Positions 36,145 to 44,099 of a DNA stretch of 64,000 nucleotides are shown piece by piece. The stretch spans positions 10,073 to 74,072 of the forward strand of contig JBCCFW010000003.1 of NCBI GenBank assembly GCA_039029535.1. Reading direction: 5' to 3'. Each line of letters begins with the position of its first letter. The first letter of the stretch is position 1. The notes under the pieces are model-generated. The model saw only the letters and a program-made list of their open reading frames with translations. It made no database searches and was not told the origin of the DNA. Origin of the DNA: Acidobacteriota bacterium. Lineage in GTDB: Bacteria; Acidobacteriota; JBCCFW01. Made by a program: the position numbers and the translations under genes.

Positions 36145-36501
36145 TCAACTGTCGGCGAAGAGCCTGGCCAACACACCGAGCGGATCGGGCTCTTCCCCAT
36201 CGTCGGCGAGGAACAGGTCCTCGAGCTCCTCTCCCTCCCAGTCGAAGTGATGCTCCCAGCGGCCACCTCCCTGTCGGGTCATGAGCTGGAAGTCCTCGAC
36301 GCCATCCTCACTCTGGACGGCGACGACTCGCTCGAACGCCGACTCGAGCAGGGACTCCAGCCGCTCCTCGGCCTGGCCGCCGATGAAGCGGACGTGCAGG
36401 TGCTCACCCTCGAGCGAAGCGAATTCGTCGAGGGGCCTTGCCTGCTCGAGGAGCGCCTGCGCGTCGGCGGCGGTGATGATCGCGTGGAGGTGAGTGGCCA
36501 T
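36145..36501 (-). CDS. hypothetical acidic protein
   Basis: 118 aa, ending 21 nt upstream of the TPR gene. No family recognised. Confidence 0.45.
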   Translation of the reverse strand: MATHLHAIITAADAQALLEQARPLDEFASLEGEHLHVRFIGGQAEERLESLLESAFERVVAVQSEDGVEDFQLMTRQGGGRWEHHFDWEGEELEDLFLADDGEEPDPLGVLARLFADS

Positions 36502-36569
36502 GGCGTCGGAGTGTACGACCTGACCCGTTCCCGAGCGACGCCGACAGCTCTCTAGGCGACGAGCCGGGC

Positions 36570-38345
36570 TCAGGGACAGTCGCTTCCCGGATCCACCATC
36601 CTCCGCTCACCTCGACTGTTCGCGCCGTAGATCCCGGACCCGCAGTCATTCCGGGCGCGGACCAGGTAGAAGACCGAGTCCGGCTCCATGAAGAGGAGGA
36701 TCGCAGGAAAGCGAGAAGGCGCACCGACACAGGCCGCGTCTCCGACCGGTGTCTGGATGAGGCCGCGGACGAGGTCGTACTCGACCCCACCCCCTGCCTG
36801 AGAGCTGAGATCCGACCAGCCGAGACGGAGGCCGGTGCCCTGCCGGCGAAGACGGAGCCCCGTCACCTCGACGGGCCAGTGATGCGTCTCGTCGTCGCAA
36901 CGCGCGCAGTCGTCGGCGTTGGACACGGTGTCTCCGTCGGAGTCGACGCTGGGTGATCCACAGGCGAGGTCGTCGCAACAGTCGAGATCTTCACAGTCGA
37001 CGTCGCCATCACGGTCGTTGTCGAGAGAGTCTCCGCAGCGCTCGGGCCCGAAACACGGCGGTCGGCTCTCACACTCCGTGTCGGCGCAGTCGACCGCGAG
37101 ATCGCCGTCGTCGTCGATCCCGTTCGTGCAGCACGACGCGAGACCGTCGGGCTCGCCGTCACCGTCCTCATCGCAACACGCCTCGAGACCGGCACAGTCG
37201 AGGTCCCGGCAGTCGATCGCGGTGTCACAGTCGCCGTCCCGCCCGTCGAGGCAATCGAGCTCGGCCATGCAGTGCGCCTCGAGAGCACAGATCGGATCGC
37301 AGCAATCGGACAGGCCATTGCCGTCGTCGTCACGGCCGTTGGAGCAGTCCTCCATGACACAGCCACCAGCCGTCTCGCAGTGGACGTCTTCGCAGTCGGT
37401 GCTGCCATTGCCGTCATCGTCGATCCGGTTCGTACAGCACGACTCGCCGCCATCTGGCACGCCATCCATGTCGGCATCGCAGCAGATCTCGCTGTCGGCG
37501 CAGTCGGGATCGTCGCAGTCGATGCCGTCGCCATCGCAGTCGTTGTCGATCCCGTCCTCGCAGAACATCTCCGAGGCGCAGGCCAGACCACCACACTCCA
37601 TGTCGTCGCAACAGTCGGTGAGGCCGTCGCAGTCGTTGTCGATGCCGTCCCCGCATGAGAACTCGAAGAGACCGCACGGAGGAACCTCGAAGCAGTCCGA
37701 GTCGCAGCAGTCGACGGCGGTGTCGCCATCCTCGTCGATCCCGTCCTCGCAGTTGCGCTCCACGCAAGAGATGAAGACGCGACAGTCCTCCTCATCGGCA
37801 CAGTCGGTGAGAGTGTCGCCGTCGTCATCGAGACCGTTCAGGCAGCAGCTCTCGGCATCGTCTGGCATGCCGTCTCCGTCGGCGTCGCAGCAGATCTCCC
37901 TCGATGCGCACTCGGGATCATCACAGTCGGCAGCGCCATCGAGATCGTTGTCGATGCCGTCGCGACAGCTTGTCTCGCCCGTGCAGACCTCCCGGACCGA
38001 ACACTGCCCGTCGGCGCAGTCGCTCAGGCCGTCGGCATCGTCGTCGAGCCCGTTGGTGCAGCAGGCGTCGCGACCGTCCGGCGCGCCGTCCCCGTCGGCA
38101 TCGCAGCAAGGCTCGCGGTCCTGACAGTCTTCGTCTTCGCAATCGACGGCGAAGTCGCAGTCGTCATCGACGCCGTCCCCGCACCTGCGCTCGACATTGC
38201 AGTCGGGGGAGCCACCGCAGAACGGGTCGCAACACCAGGGAAGGCCGTCGTCCCGCACGCCTCCGCAATCAGGGAAGCCGGCCTGAGCAGTGGCAGCCAG
38301 GACAGCGAATGAGACTGACAGGACCAGGCAGAGCCGTGGGTTCAT
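36570..38345 (-). CDS. secreted Cys/Asp-rich repeat protein (MopE-like putative metal-binding motif repeats)
   Basis: Signal peptide MNPRLCLVLSVSFAVLAATAQA (start 38343-38345). At least 10 repeats of C.DG(I/R)D(N/D)D(C/L)DG..DC.D.(D/E)C and CCDADGDG.PDG..(S/A)CC.NG.DDD. Confidence 0.7.
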   Translation of the reverse strand: MNPRLCLVLSVSFAVLAATAQAGFPDCGGVRDDGLPWCCDPFCGGSPDCNVERRCGDGVDDDCDFAVDCEDEDCQDREPCCDADGDGAPDGRDACCTNGLDDDADGLSDCADGQCSVREVCTGETSCRDGIDNDLDGAADCDDPECASREICCDADGDGMPDDAESCCLNGLDDDGDTLTDCADEEDCRVFISCVERNCEDGIDEDGDTAVDCCDSDCFEVPPCGLFEFSCGDGIDNDCDGLTDCCDDMECGGLACASEMFCEDGIDNDCDGDGIDCDDPDCADSEICCDADMDGVPDGGESCCTNRIDDDGNGSTDCEDVHCETAGGCVMEDCSNGRDDDGNGLSDCCDPICALEAHCMAELDCLDGRDGDCDTAIDCRDLDCAGLEACCDEDGDGEPDGLASCCTNGIDDDGDLAVDCADTECESRPPCFGPERCGDSLDNDRDGDVDCEDLDCCDDLACGSPSVDSDGDTVSNADDCARCDDETHHWPVEVTGLRLRRQGTGLRLGWSDLSSQAGGGVEYDLVRGLIQTPVGDAACVGAPSRFPAILLFMEPDSVFYLVRARNDCGSGIYGANSRGERRMVDPGSDCP

Positions 38346-38490
38346 CGTGGACCGGTCTCCCTTCCGTCGAGTCGGATGCGAGAGAGCCTGAAGGCTGACG
38401 CTGCCGCACTCGATTTCCAACGAAATCAGGGACCGTTCACCAAACCAGTCCGGTGCTCGCCGCCACGCCTCCCCTCAGGGACGAGGGTGC

Positions 38491-38519
38491 TTGACACCTT
38501 TCAGATATTTTTGAATGAT
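38491..38519 (+). promoter_or_regulatory. sigma-70-like promoter candidate in an AT-rich islet
   Basis: TTGACA (38491-38496), a 17-nt spacer, then AATGAT (38514-38519). It lies in a locally AT-rich stretch (tttcagatatttttgaatgatcgaaaaaaatatg). Confidence 0.35.
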
Positions 38520-38529
38520 CGAAAAAAAT

Positions 38530-39111
38530 ATGAAAGGTCGTCCCATGCTTCACCAATTCCCCTCCCTCACGCCCCTCCTCGTGCTCCTCCTGGCCCTGAC
38601 CGGCCCGGCAGCGTCAGCAGCTCCTGAAGCGACGACGACCACCGAGGCATCGGCCGAGGACGTGTTCTCCGATGGGCTGCAGCGCTTCGCCCGTGCCCAC
38701 GGCTACCAGGCCATCGAGCTCGAGCGGATGGCGACCGGCCACCTCCTTCTCGAGGTCTCCATCAACGACGACACGCCTCGGCGCTTCGTCTGCGACACGG
38801 GCTCGAACGCGACCGTCGTCTTCCCGGCGCTGGCCAAGGAGCTCGGTCTGGCTTCGCAGGCCCTGGAGACCACGGCTGGTGGGCTCGGCGGCGCCGAGAT
38901 GGAGCTCCGCCTCACGGTGGCCGACTCCATGACGATCTCGGGTGTCCGATTCGAAGAGCCCGAGCTGCTGGTCCTGGACCTCTCGAGCATCAACATGCAG
39001 TTCGAGTCGGTGGGCGAGCGCCCCATCGAGGGCATCCTCGGAGCCGATTGGCTCGACCTCCACGAGGCCGTCATCCACTTGCCGTCGAACCGGCTCTTCG
39101 TTCGGCCGTGA
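38530..39111 (+). CDS. secreted retropepsin-like aspartic protease
   Basis: FVCDTGSNATVV (D-T-G active-site motif) and the signal peptide LTPLLVLLLALTGPAASA. The start is uncertain (ATG at 38515, 38530 or 38545). The first would overlap the putative -10 element. Confidence 0.65.
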   Translation: MKGRPMLHQFPSLTPLLVLLLALTGPAASAAPEATTTTEASAEDVFSDGLQRFARAHGYQAIELERMATGHLLLEVSINDDTPRRFVCDTGSNATVVFPALAKELGLASQALETTAGGLGGAEMELRLTVADSMTISGVRFEEPELLVLDLSSINMQFESVGERPIEGILGADWLDLHEAVIHLPSNRLFVRP

Positions 39112-39671
39112 GCAAGGGCGGTACCAAGCAGCGAGCTGGACTGGTCGACCTCCACACGGTCGCCCAGTCCAAGGCCCTGGGGCATCCGCTTCGCCGTCGC
39201 ATGCTGCGCGTGCTCGCGGAGAACGAGCGTTCGACGCAGGAGTTGGCCGAAGGGCTCGACGAGCCCCAGACCAAGCTCTACCACCACGTGAAGCTCCTCC
39301 TCGAAGCCGGCCTCATCGAAGTGACCCGCGAAGTCCCACGGCGGGGCGCGGTGGAGCGACGCTACCGAGCCCGCACCATCGCCTTCCGCTCCCCACCTTC
39401 GAGCTCCAGCAGCGAGGCGGTCGAGCTCTTCTCGAGCGCGCTCACGACGGGTCAGCAGGAGCTCGCGACCCGGTTCGACGACACGCGGCTCGTCGACGCG
39501 GGCGACCACACCTACCTGTCGGTCAGTACCGAGGTCCGTGCCAGCGAAGAGGCGCTCGAGGAGCTGTCGACGTTCTTGGTGGACTGGATCGAGCGTCATC
39601 GAGCCGGAGGCCGAGATGCGGAAGCCACCTACCTGTCCCTGGCCTCGTTCCCGGTTCGAACGACTGAGTGA
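39108..39671 (+). CDS. ArsR-family winged-helix transcriptional regulator
   Basis: ALGHPLRRRMLRVLAENERSTQELAEGLDEPQTKLYHHVKLLLEAGLI. GTG 39108 overlaps the upstream stop (GTGA). Confidence 0.7.
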   Translation: MSKGGTKQRAGLVDLHTVAQSKALGHPLRRRMLRVLAENERSTQELAEGLDEPQTKLYHHVKLLLEAGLIEVTREVPRRGAVERRYRARTIAFRSPPSSSSSEAVELFSSALTTGQQELATRFDDTRLVDAGDHTYLSVSTEVRASEEALEELSTFLVDWIERHRAGGRDAEATYLSLASFPVRTTE

Positions 39672-39679
39672 ACCGCTCG

Positions 39680-40414
39680 CTACGACGCGATCTCCCTGAG
39701 ATAGGACTCTCGCTCGAAGACGAACGTACCGAGGTAGGAGTGCCCCTCGCCCTGCCCCTCGGCGAGAGTGTCGTCTCGACAGAGACCGTCAACCGCGATG
39801 TCACTCCACCTGACCACGTCATCCTCGAGCTCGATCCTCACCGCAACGCAGCCACAGCCGAGATCTCCACAAGCAGCACAGACGTACAGAGGCACCCTCC
39901 CACTCTCGAGCGGAGAGGGTGAGCGAAGGGACAACTGCTTCCGAGTCTCCTCGTCCATCTCGGGCCCCAGCCACCCCAGGGCGCAGACGCTCCCGGTGCC
40001 CTTCCAGTCGGGCTCAGCCCCGTTGATCTCACGATGCAGCGAGTCGCCGTTGAGGAGCACGTCGCGCGACACGACCGGGCTGCCCGATTGCCCGTGTGTC
40101 CAAGAGAATGAGGCAAGAGTGAGCTCATCACGACGCCGGGTTGCAGCCTCCCCCACGGAGAGCTGGTAGAGCACCTCGCCTCCCTCCGCCTCCTCGAGGA
40201 CGGCGACATCCGAGATCGCGACGATCGGACCCGAGGACGGGCCGCGCACGCTGGCGCCATTGAGCAACAACCAGGGGCCACGACCAGCGAACGCTTCATG
40301 GAGGTCGGCTCGGGAGGCCGTGAGCCGACGCCCATCCGCCAACACGAAGACCGTGTCGACGGGTGCTCTCTTGTTCACCATCGCGAGGACGGTCCCCAGG
40401 TCCCGCGTGCTCAT
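39680..40414 (-). CDS. hypothetical protein with a CAACGDLGCGC motif
   Basis: Start at MSTRDLGTVLAMV (40412-40414), 10 nt after the upstream stop. No family recognised. Confidence 0.45.
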   Translation of the reverse strand: MSTRDLGTVLAMVNKRAPVDTVFVLADGRRLTASRADLHEAFAGRGPWLLLNGASVRGPSSGPIVAISDVAVLEEAEGGEVLYQLSVGEAATRRRDELTLASFSWTHGQSGSPVVSRDVLLNGDSLHREINGAEPDWKGTGSVCALGWLGPEMDEETRKQLSLRSPSPLESGRVPLYVCAACGDLGCGCVAVRIELEDDVVRWSDIAVDGLCRDDTLAEGQGEGHSYLGTFVFERESYLREIAS

Positions 40415-40424
40415 GCCGATCGCC

Positions 40425-41609
40425 TCACCGAGGTGCGCGCTCGAGCCGAACCATCCGTCCATCGATGCCGAGCTCGATGGTGTCTCCATCCATGGCGAGT
40501 AGCGCCTTCCGGATGCCGTCGCAGGAGAGCTCCGTCGGCTCACCGTTGATCGAGTCGATGGTCTGGCCAGCCGCGAGTCCCGACTTGGCTGCCTCCGAGT
40601 CCTCCCAGACGAGCGACACGGTGATGGGGCCCTCGAACCCGAGGCCGAACCCGAATGACGAGCGCGCGCGGGGACCATCGTGGATTGGATCGAAGTACGC
40701 CTTCCCGGAGCGCGAGTCGAAGGTCACGACGAACTGTTCGAGAAGGGCCGCGCCGACCAGGCTCGGCGGTGACTCGCGGACGCTCGCGACGATCCGACCC
40801 AGCTCGAGGTTGCCAATGGAGAGCGACCTCAGCTCGGCCCGTTGCTGGTCACGGACGGGGGCCTGGCCACCCAGCGAGGAGCCCAGCGAGCCGTGACCGG
40901 AGAGGATGCCGGCCACGCCGCCGGCTCGCTTGGCTCCTTCGAAGTCGGGAGGCGAGATGGAGAAGATTCCGGGCATGCCGGTGTCGAACATCACCGTGCT
41001 CGTCGCGTTCTTCGCGAAACGGACGTCCAGAAAGGGCGCGTGCGGGTAGCCGAAGTCATGGAGACGCTGCTTCTTCGCACCCTTGACGTGATCGAGCTTG
41101 CGAACGTTCGTGTTGCAGCGCAGCTTCGAGTCGGGCAGGTCGACCTGCCAGGCACGGAGCGGAAGCAACTCCGAGCCGAGAACACCGTCACAGACGAGGC
41201 ACCGCACGGCCTCGGACGACGAGAGATCGGCTGCGAACATGGGGACCTTCCTGAAGGTCACTCCGCCGATGTTCAGGTCGGCCTGGACGATGCCGCTCTC
41301 GATGACGGCCCCGTGGGAGTCTCGTCCGCTCGCCTTGTCGATCACCTTCAGCCCGAGCTCGGCAACGAGCGCCTTGCTGATCATGGAGGGCGATCCCGTG
41401 TCGAACACGAAGCGGCGCGGCTTGCCTCCCAGCTCGATCTCGACGTGAAGCTTGGTGGCCAGGGTCTCCAGGGGGAGCGAGAGGGAGAACTCCTTCGCGC
41501 CCACGGAGGGGCCTTCGGTGGTCCACTTGGGGGGACCCTGCTGGGCTGCGATCGTTCCCGGAAAGAGCGCGAGCAGCAGCAACGGCGCGGATGGGTAGCG
41601 ATTCAGCAC
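40425..41609 (-). CDS. secreted retropepsin-like aspartic protease (two DTG-type lobes) with a C-terminal PDZ domain
   Basis: RFVFDTGSPSMIS and VMFDTGMPGIFSIS motifs, plus a C-terminal PDZ-like GLAAGQTIDSINGEP. Has a signal peptide. Confidence 0.7.
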   Translation of the reverse strand: MLNRYPSAPLLLLALFPGTIAAQQGPPKWTTEGPSVGAKEFSLSLPLETLATKLHVEIELGGKPRRFVFDTGSPSMISKALVAELGLKVIDKASGRDSHGAVIESGIVQADLNIGGVTFRKVPMFAADLSSSEAVRCLVCDGVLGSELLPLRAWQVDLPDSKLRCNTNVRKLDHVKGAKKQRLHDFGYPHAPFLDVRFAKNATSTVMFDTGMPGIFSISPPDFEGAKRAGGVAGILSGHGSLGSSLGGQAPVRDQQRAELRSLSIGNLELGRIVASVRESPPSLVGAALLEQFVVTFDSRSGKAYFDPIHDGPRARSSFGFGLGFEGPITVSLVWEDSEAAKSGLAAGQTIDSINGEPTELSCDGIRKALLAMDGDTIELGIDGRMVRLERAPR

Positions 41610-41689
41610 CAGACATTCCTCATCGCTATCGCAGGACGGGTGTGGTCGTGCGGTCGCCCGATCAGAACTCGAGCTGGACCATCGCCAAG

Positions 41690-41980
41690 CTACAGCTCTT
41701 CTGGCAGGAGTCTCGTCGCCCGAAAGACCGTGACGATCTCAATCGAAGAGTCACGAATGCGGTAGACGAGCCGGAATGGGCGAATGATGAGCTCGCGGAG
41801 CCTCGGGTCACCGCGCTCGGGAACGATGCGACCCGACTCGGGGAACTCTCGCAGCCTCTCCGGCGCACGGATCAAGCGCTGGACGACAAGGCTTGCGTAG
41901 ACGGGCGAGTCACGGGTAACGAAGTCCTGAATCGCCTCGAGGTCCCGCAAGGACCTCTCGGACCAGACCAGCCAGTTCAC
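41690..41980 (-). CDS. type II toxin, ParE/RelE family
   Basis: 96 aa. W.ERSLRDLEAI.DFV ... GRIVPE ... RELI.RPFRLVYRI ... I.IVTVF pattern. Confidence 0.8.
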   Translation of the reverse strand: MNWLVWSERSLRDLEAIQDFVTRDSPVYASLVVQRLIRAPERLREFPESGRIVPERGDPRLRELIIRPFRLVYRIRDSSIEIVTVFRATRLLPEEL

Positions 41981-42159
41981 GCGCCGAAGCGCCGCCTGAC
42001 TTCCTCGTGCGCAACTGCCCTTCCGGCGTCGAGATCAGCGAGACCTTCATCGACACGGGCAAGGAAGACGAGACGTTCGATGGCGTCATCGATCGTCGCG
42101 TCTGACGGGAGGTCACGGAGCGCGTCGAGGATCCGGTCCTTGCGAGAAGCTTCACCCAT
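41977..42159 (-). CDS. type II antitoxin (cognate of the ParE/RelE toxin)
   Basis: 60 aa, immediately upstream with a 4-nt overlap. C-terminal EGLADLDAGRAVAHEEVRRRF motif. Confidence 0.65.
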   Translation of the reverse strand: MGEASRKDRILDALRDLPSDATIDDAIERLVFLARVDEGLADLDAGRAVAHEEVRRRFGA

Positions 42160-42218
42160 GAGGAGAGCCTAGCATCCGAGGCTGGAGCTTGCCCTTGCCG
42201 GCAGGTTGCTTGACCTCA

Positions 42219-42410
42219 TGGTGCGCCCGATGAGATTCGAACCCATGACCTCTGGTTCCGAAGACCAGGCTGGTCTCCTGGGCCGAGGTGGGATGAAAGG
42301 CCGTAGGGAGAATTGGCGCGCCCGATAGGATTCGAACCCATGACCTCTGGTCCCTACGACCAGCAGCTGGTCTCCTGGGCCGAGGTGGGATGAAAGGCCG
42401 TAGGGAGAAT
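42219..42410 (-). repeat. two tandem units (95 and 97 bp), each a tRNA-Arg 3' half plus an identical 44-nt spacer
   Basis: Each unit has a 50-nt segment running from anticodon arm to CCA, collinear with the intact tRNA but with different anticodon loops (cuUCGga; cgUAGgg). The identical spacer ctggtctcctgggccgaggtgggatgaaaggccgtagggagaat follows. No 5' acceptor or D-arm is present. Confidence 0.75.
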
Positions 42411-42487
42411 TGGCGCGCCCGATAGGATTCGAACCTATGACCTCTGGTTCCGGAGACCAGCGCTCTATCCAACTGAGCTACGGGCGC
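42411..42487 (-). tRNA. tRNA-Arg (anticodon CCG), CCA encoded
   Basis: The reverse complement folds as GCGCCCG-TA-GCTC-AGTTGGATA-GAGC-G-CTGGT-CTCCGGA-ACCAG-AGGTC-ATAGG-TTCGAAT-CCTAT-CGGGCGC-G-CCA. Confidence 0.9.
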
Positions 42488-42505
42488 AGCTCGGGAAGGG
42501 GCGGG

Positions 42506-42534
42506 ATTCTCGCATGCCGCCTCAGCAGCGGCAA
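42506..42534 (-). promoter_or_regulatory. candidate promoter of tRNA-Arg
   Basis: On the minus strand: TTGCCG (42529-42534), a 17-nt spacer, GAGAAT (42506-42511). It lies about 18 nt upstream of the tRNA 5' end. Confidence 0.35.
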
Positions 42535-42542
42535 CCTGAGCG

Positions 42543-42797
42543 TCAGGACTCCTCGGTGCGGCCCACCGGCGACTCCGGACGCTTCCGCCAGACCCCGGAG
42601 CCTGTCTCCTGCTCGATGAAGAGCTCCCGGCCATCCTCCAGCCGGAGCTTGAAGATCCGACGCGTCCCCTCCTCGCAGCCCGGCGCGCCGTGGTACCAGC
42701 GGTCGATGACCTCAGCCGCCAACCGCTTCCCGTCCAGCACGACCAGACGAGGCTCCTCGTCGCCTCGATGTCCCGAGTGACACTCGACTTCCAACAT
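42543..42797 (-). CDS. small hypothetical protein
   Basis: 84 aa with protein-like composition. No family recognised. Confidence 0.35.
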   Translation of the reverse strand: MLEVECHSGHRGDEEPRLVVLDGKRLAAEVIDRWYHGAPGCEEGTRRIFKLRLEDGRELFIEQETGSGVWRKRPESPVGRTEES

Positions 42798-42871
42798 TCG
42801 CCACCCTCACTCACCCCCTCCGTCCTGAGGCATGATGACACCCCCTCAATTCTAACGAGAGGAGCACGGCG

Positions 42872-43978
42872 ATGCCGGCGGCCCGCACAGCGAGAGGCAA
42901 CCCGACCACCACCTGGACCCTCCTGGCCGCCCTCCTTCTCTCGACCGGCACCCTCGCCGGCCCCCTCGACGAAGACCCCGAGGTCGTCTTCGACCTCACC
43001 GTCCTCGAAGCCGACTGGCTCTCCCGCAAGGACGCCCGCGGCGAGGTCGAGCGCGTCCTCGACACCTGGACCGACGTCCGCGACCTCCAGCACGCCATCC
43101 GCTCCGGCGCCTTCCTCGCCCGCGCCAGCTCCCTCCGCGTCGGCCGCACCCGAACCCTCGCCGAAGCCGAGCTGGCCTTCCCCCTCGGCGAGCCCGTCGT
43201 CGTCGAGACCGAAGAGCAGAAGCGCGGCAAGCCCGTCGCCATCGTCGAGCTCACCCCCGACCACGACCCCCACCACCCCGGCAGCTACCGCGTCGCCCTC
43301 GCCCTGAAGTCCATCGAGGGTGCCCACGCCCACCGCGAGCTCAGCTTCCGGCCCCACCGACCGCGCCTGTGGCTGCTCCCCACCGAGCACGTCCTCCAGG
43401 CCGTCCTCCTCGTGGCCCGCCCCCTCCGCGGCCCAGCCGCCGCCGCCACGCCGGGACACGCGCTCTTCGAAGATCTCGACGTCGACATCGCCGTCTACCG
43501 CGCCCCCTGGCTCCACGGAGTCCGCCCCGAGAGGATGGACGAGCGCGACTTCCGCACCTGGGTCGACCCCTTCGACGACCCGAACCCGCATGACGACCGT
43601 CTCCTCAAGCCCCTGCTCGTCGCCGAGGCCGGCACCGCCGAGCTCCTCTACCGCGAGCGCGGACGCGCGAAGCTCGGGGAGCTCATCCGCTTCGGGCAAG
43701 GCCGACGACCCGCCCAGACCCAACCGCGTGCAGTACGCGGAAAGGCCGCCGGCCCCCTCGTCGGCGTGAGCTTCACCGCCCGCGAGCACGAGGACGGCGC
43801 CCATCGCTTCGCCGTGACCCTCGGGCTGGAGAGCTCCCACCTCCAGGACCGCGGCCTCGTGCTGCTGCGCAACTTCGAGCTCGACTCGGGCGACATCCAG
43901 GCCTGGCTGACCCCCACCGAGGACCACCTCCACGTCGTCCTCTGTCGTCTCTCGCGACGCCTGCCCGGGTTCGAGTAG
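42872..43978 (+). CDS. hypothetical secreted protein
   Basis: Signal peptide TWTLLAALLLSTGTLAG. 368 aa. No family recognised. Confidence 0.5.
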   Translation: MPAARTARGNPTTTWTLLAALLLSTGTLAGPLDEDPEVVFDLTVLEADWLSRKDARGEVERVLDTWTDVRDLQHAIRSGAFLARASSLRVGRTRTLAEAELAFPLGEPVVVETEEQKRGKPVAIVELTPDHDPHHPGSYRVALALKSIEGAHAHRELSFRPHRPRLWLLPTEHVLQAVLLVARPLRGPAAAATPGHALFEDLDVDIAVYRAPWLHGVRPERMDERDFRTWVDPFDDPNPHDDRLLKPLLVAEAGTAELLYRERGRAKLGELIRFGQGRRPAQTQPRAVRGKAAGPLVGVSFTAREHEDGAHRFAVTLGLESSHLQDRGLVLLRNFELDSGDIQAWLTPTEDHLHVVLCRLSRRLPGFE

Positions 43979-44099
43979 CCCAGCTCGGGCCCACCTCCTT
44001 GACGCCCCTTCCGGGCCCGTGTTGAATGCGCCGCCTCGGACGCGTTCCGTCCTCTCGTTCTCATTCAATAGATCCGACCGCACCCCTCAGGAGGGACCC

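Noticed and set aside
36646-38398. Alternative-frame ORFs across the Cys-rich repeat gene (36863-37828, 36919-38124, 37272-37658 and others).
   Set aside because: They are repeat-driven open frames with Ser/Arg/Thr/Ala-rich nonsense composition. The Cys/Asp frame has a signal peptide and regular motif spacing.
42219-42487. Possible CRISPR-like array or multi-copy tRNA gene cluster, suggested by regularly spaced ~50-nt repeats with ~45-nt spacers.
   Set aside because: There are only three copies, the two 'spacers' are identical rather than unique, the repeats are tRNA-derived, and no cas genes are nearby. The two upstream copies lack a 5' acceptor strand and D-arm, so they are not functional tRNAs.
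38400-42540. An intact prophage or integrative element to the left of tRNA-Arg.
   Set aside because: No integrase, excisionase, transposase, or phage structural or replication genes are recognisable between the tRNA and the collagen-like gene. Only att-like tRNA relics and a TA pair are present, so no mobile_element feature is called.
42152-44083. 643-aa minus-strand ORF, the longest in this part of the track.
   Set aside because: It runs straight through the tRNA-Arg gene and the tRNA-half repeats and is antisense to the 42872-43978 gene. Its composition (G/A/E/V/R/D-rich, for example GAGADGVLEVADVGPGVEDALD) is typical of antisense frames in high-GC DNA.
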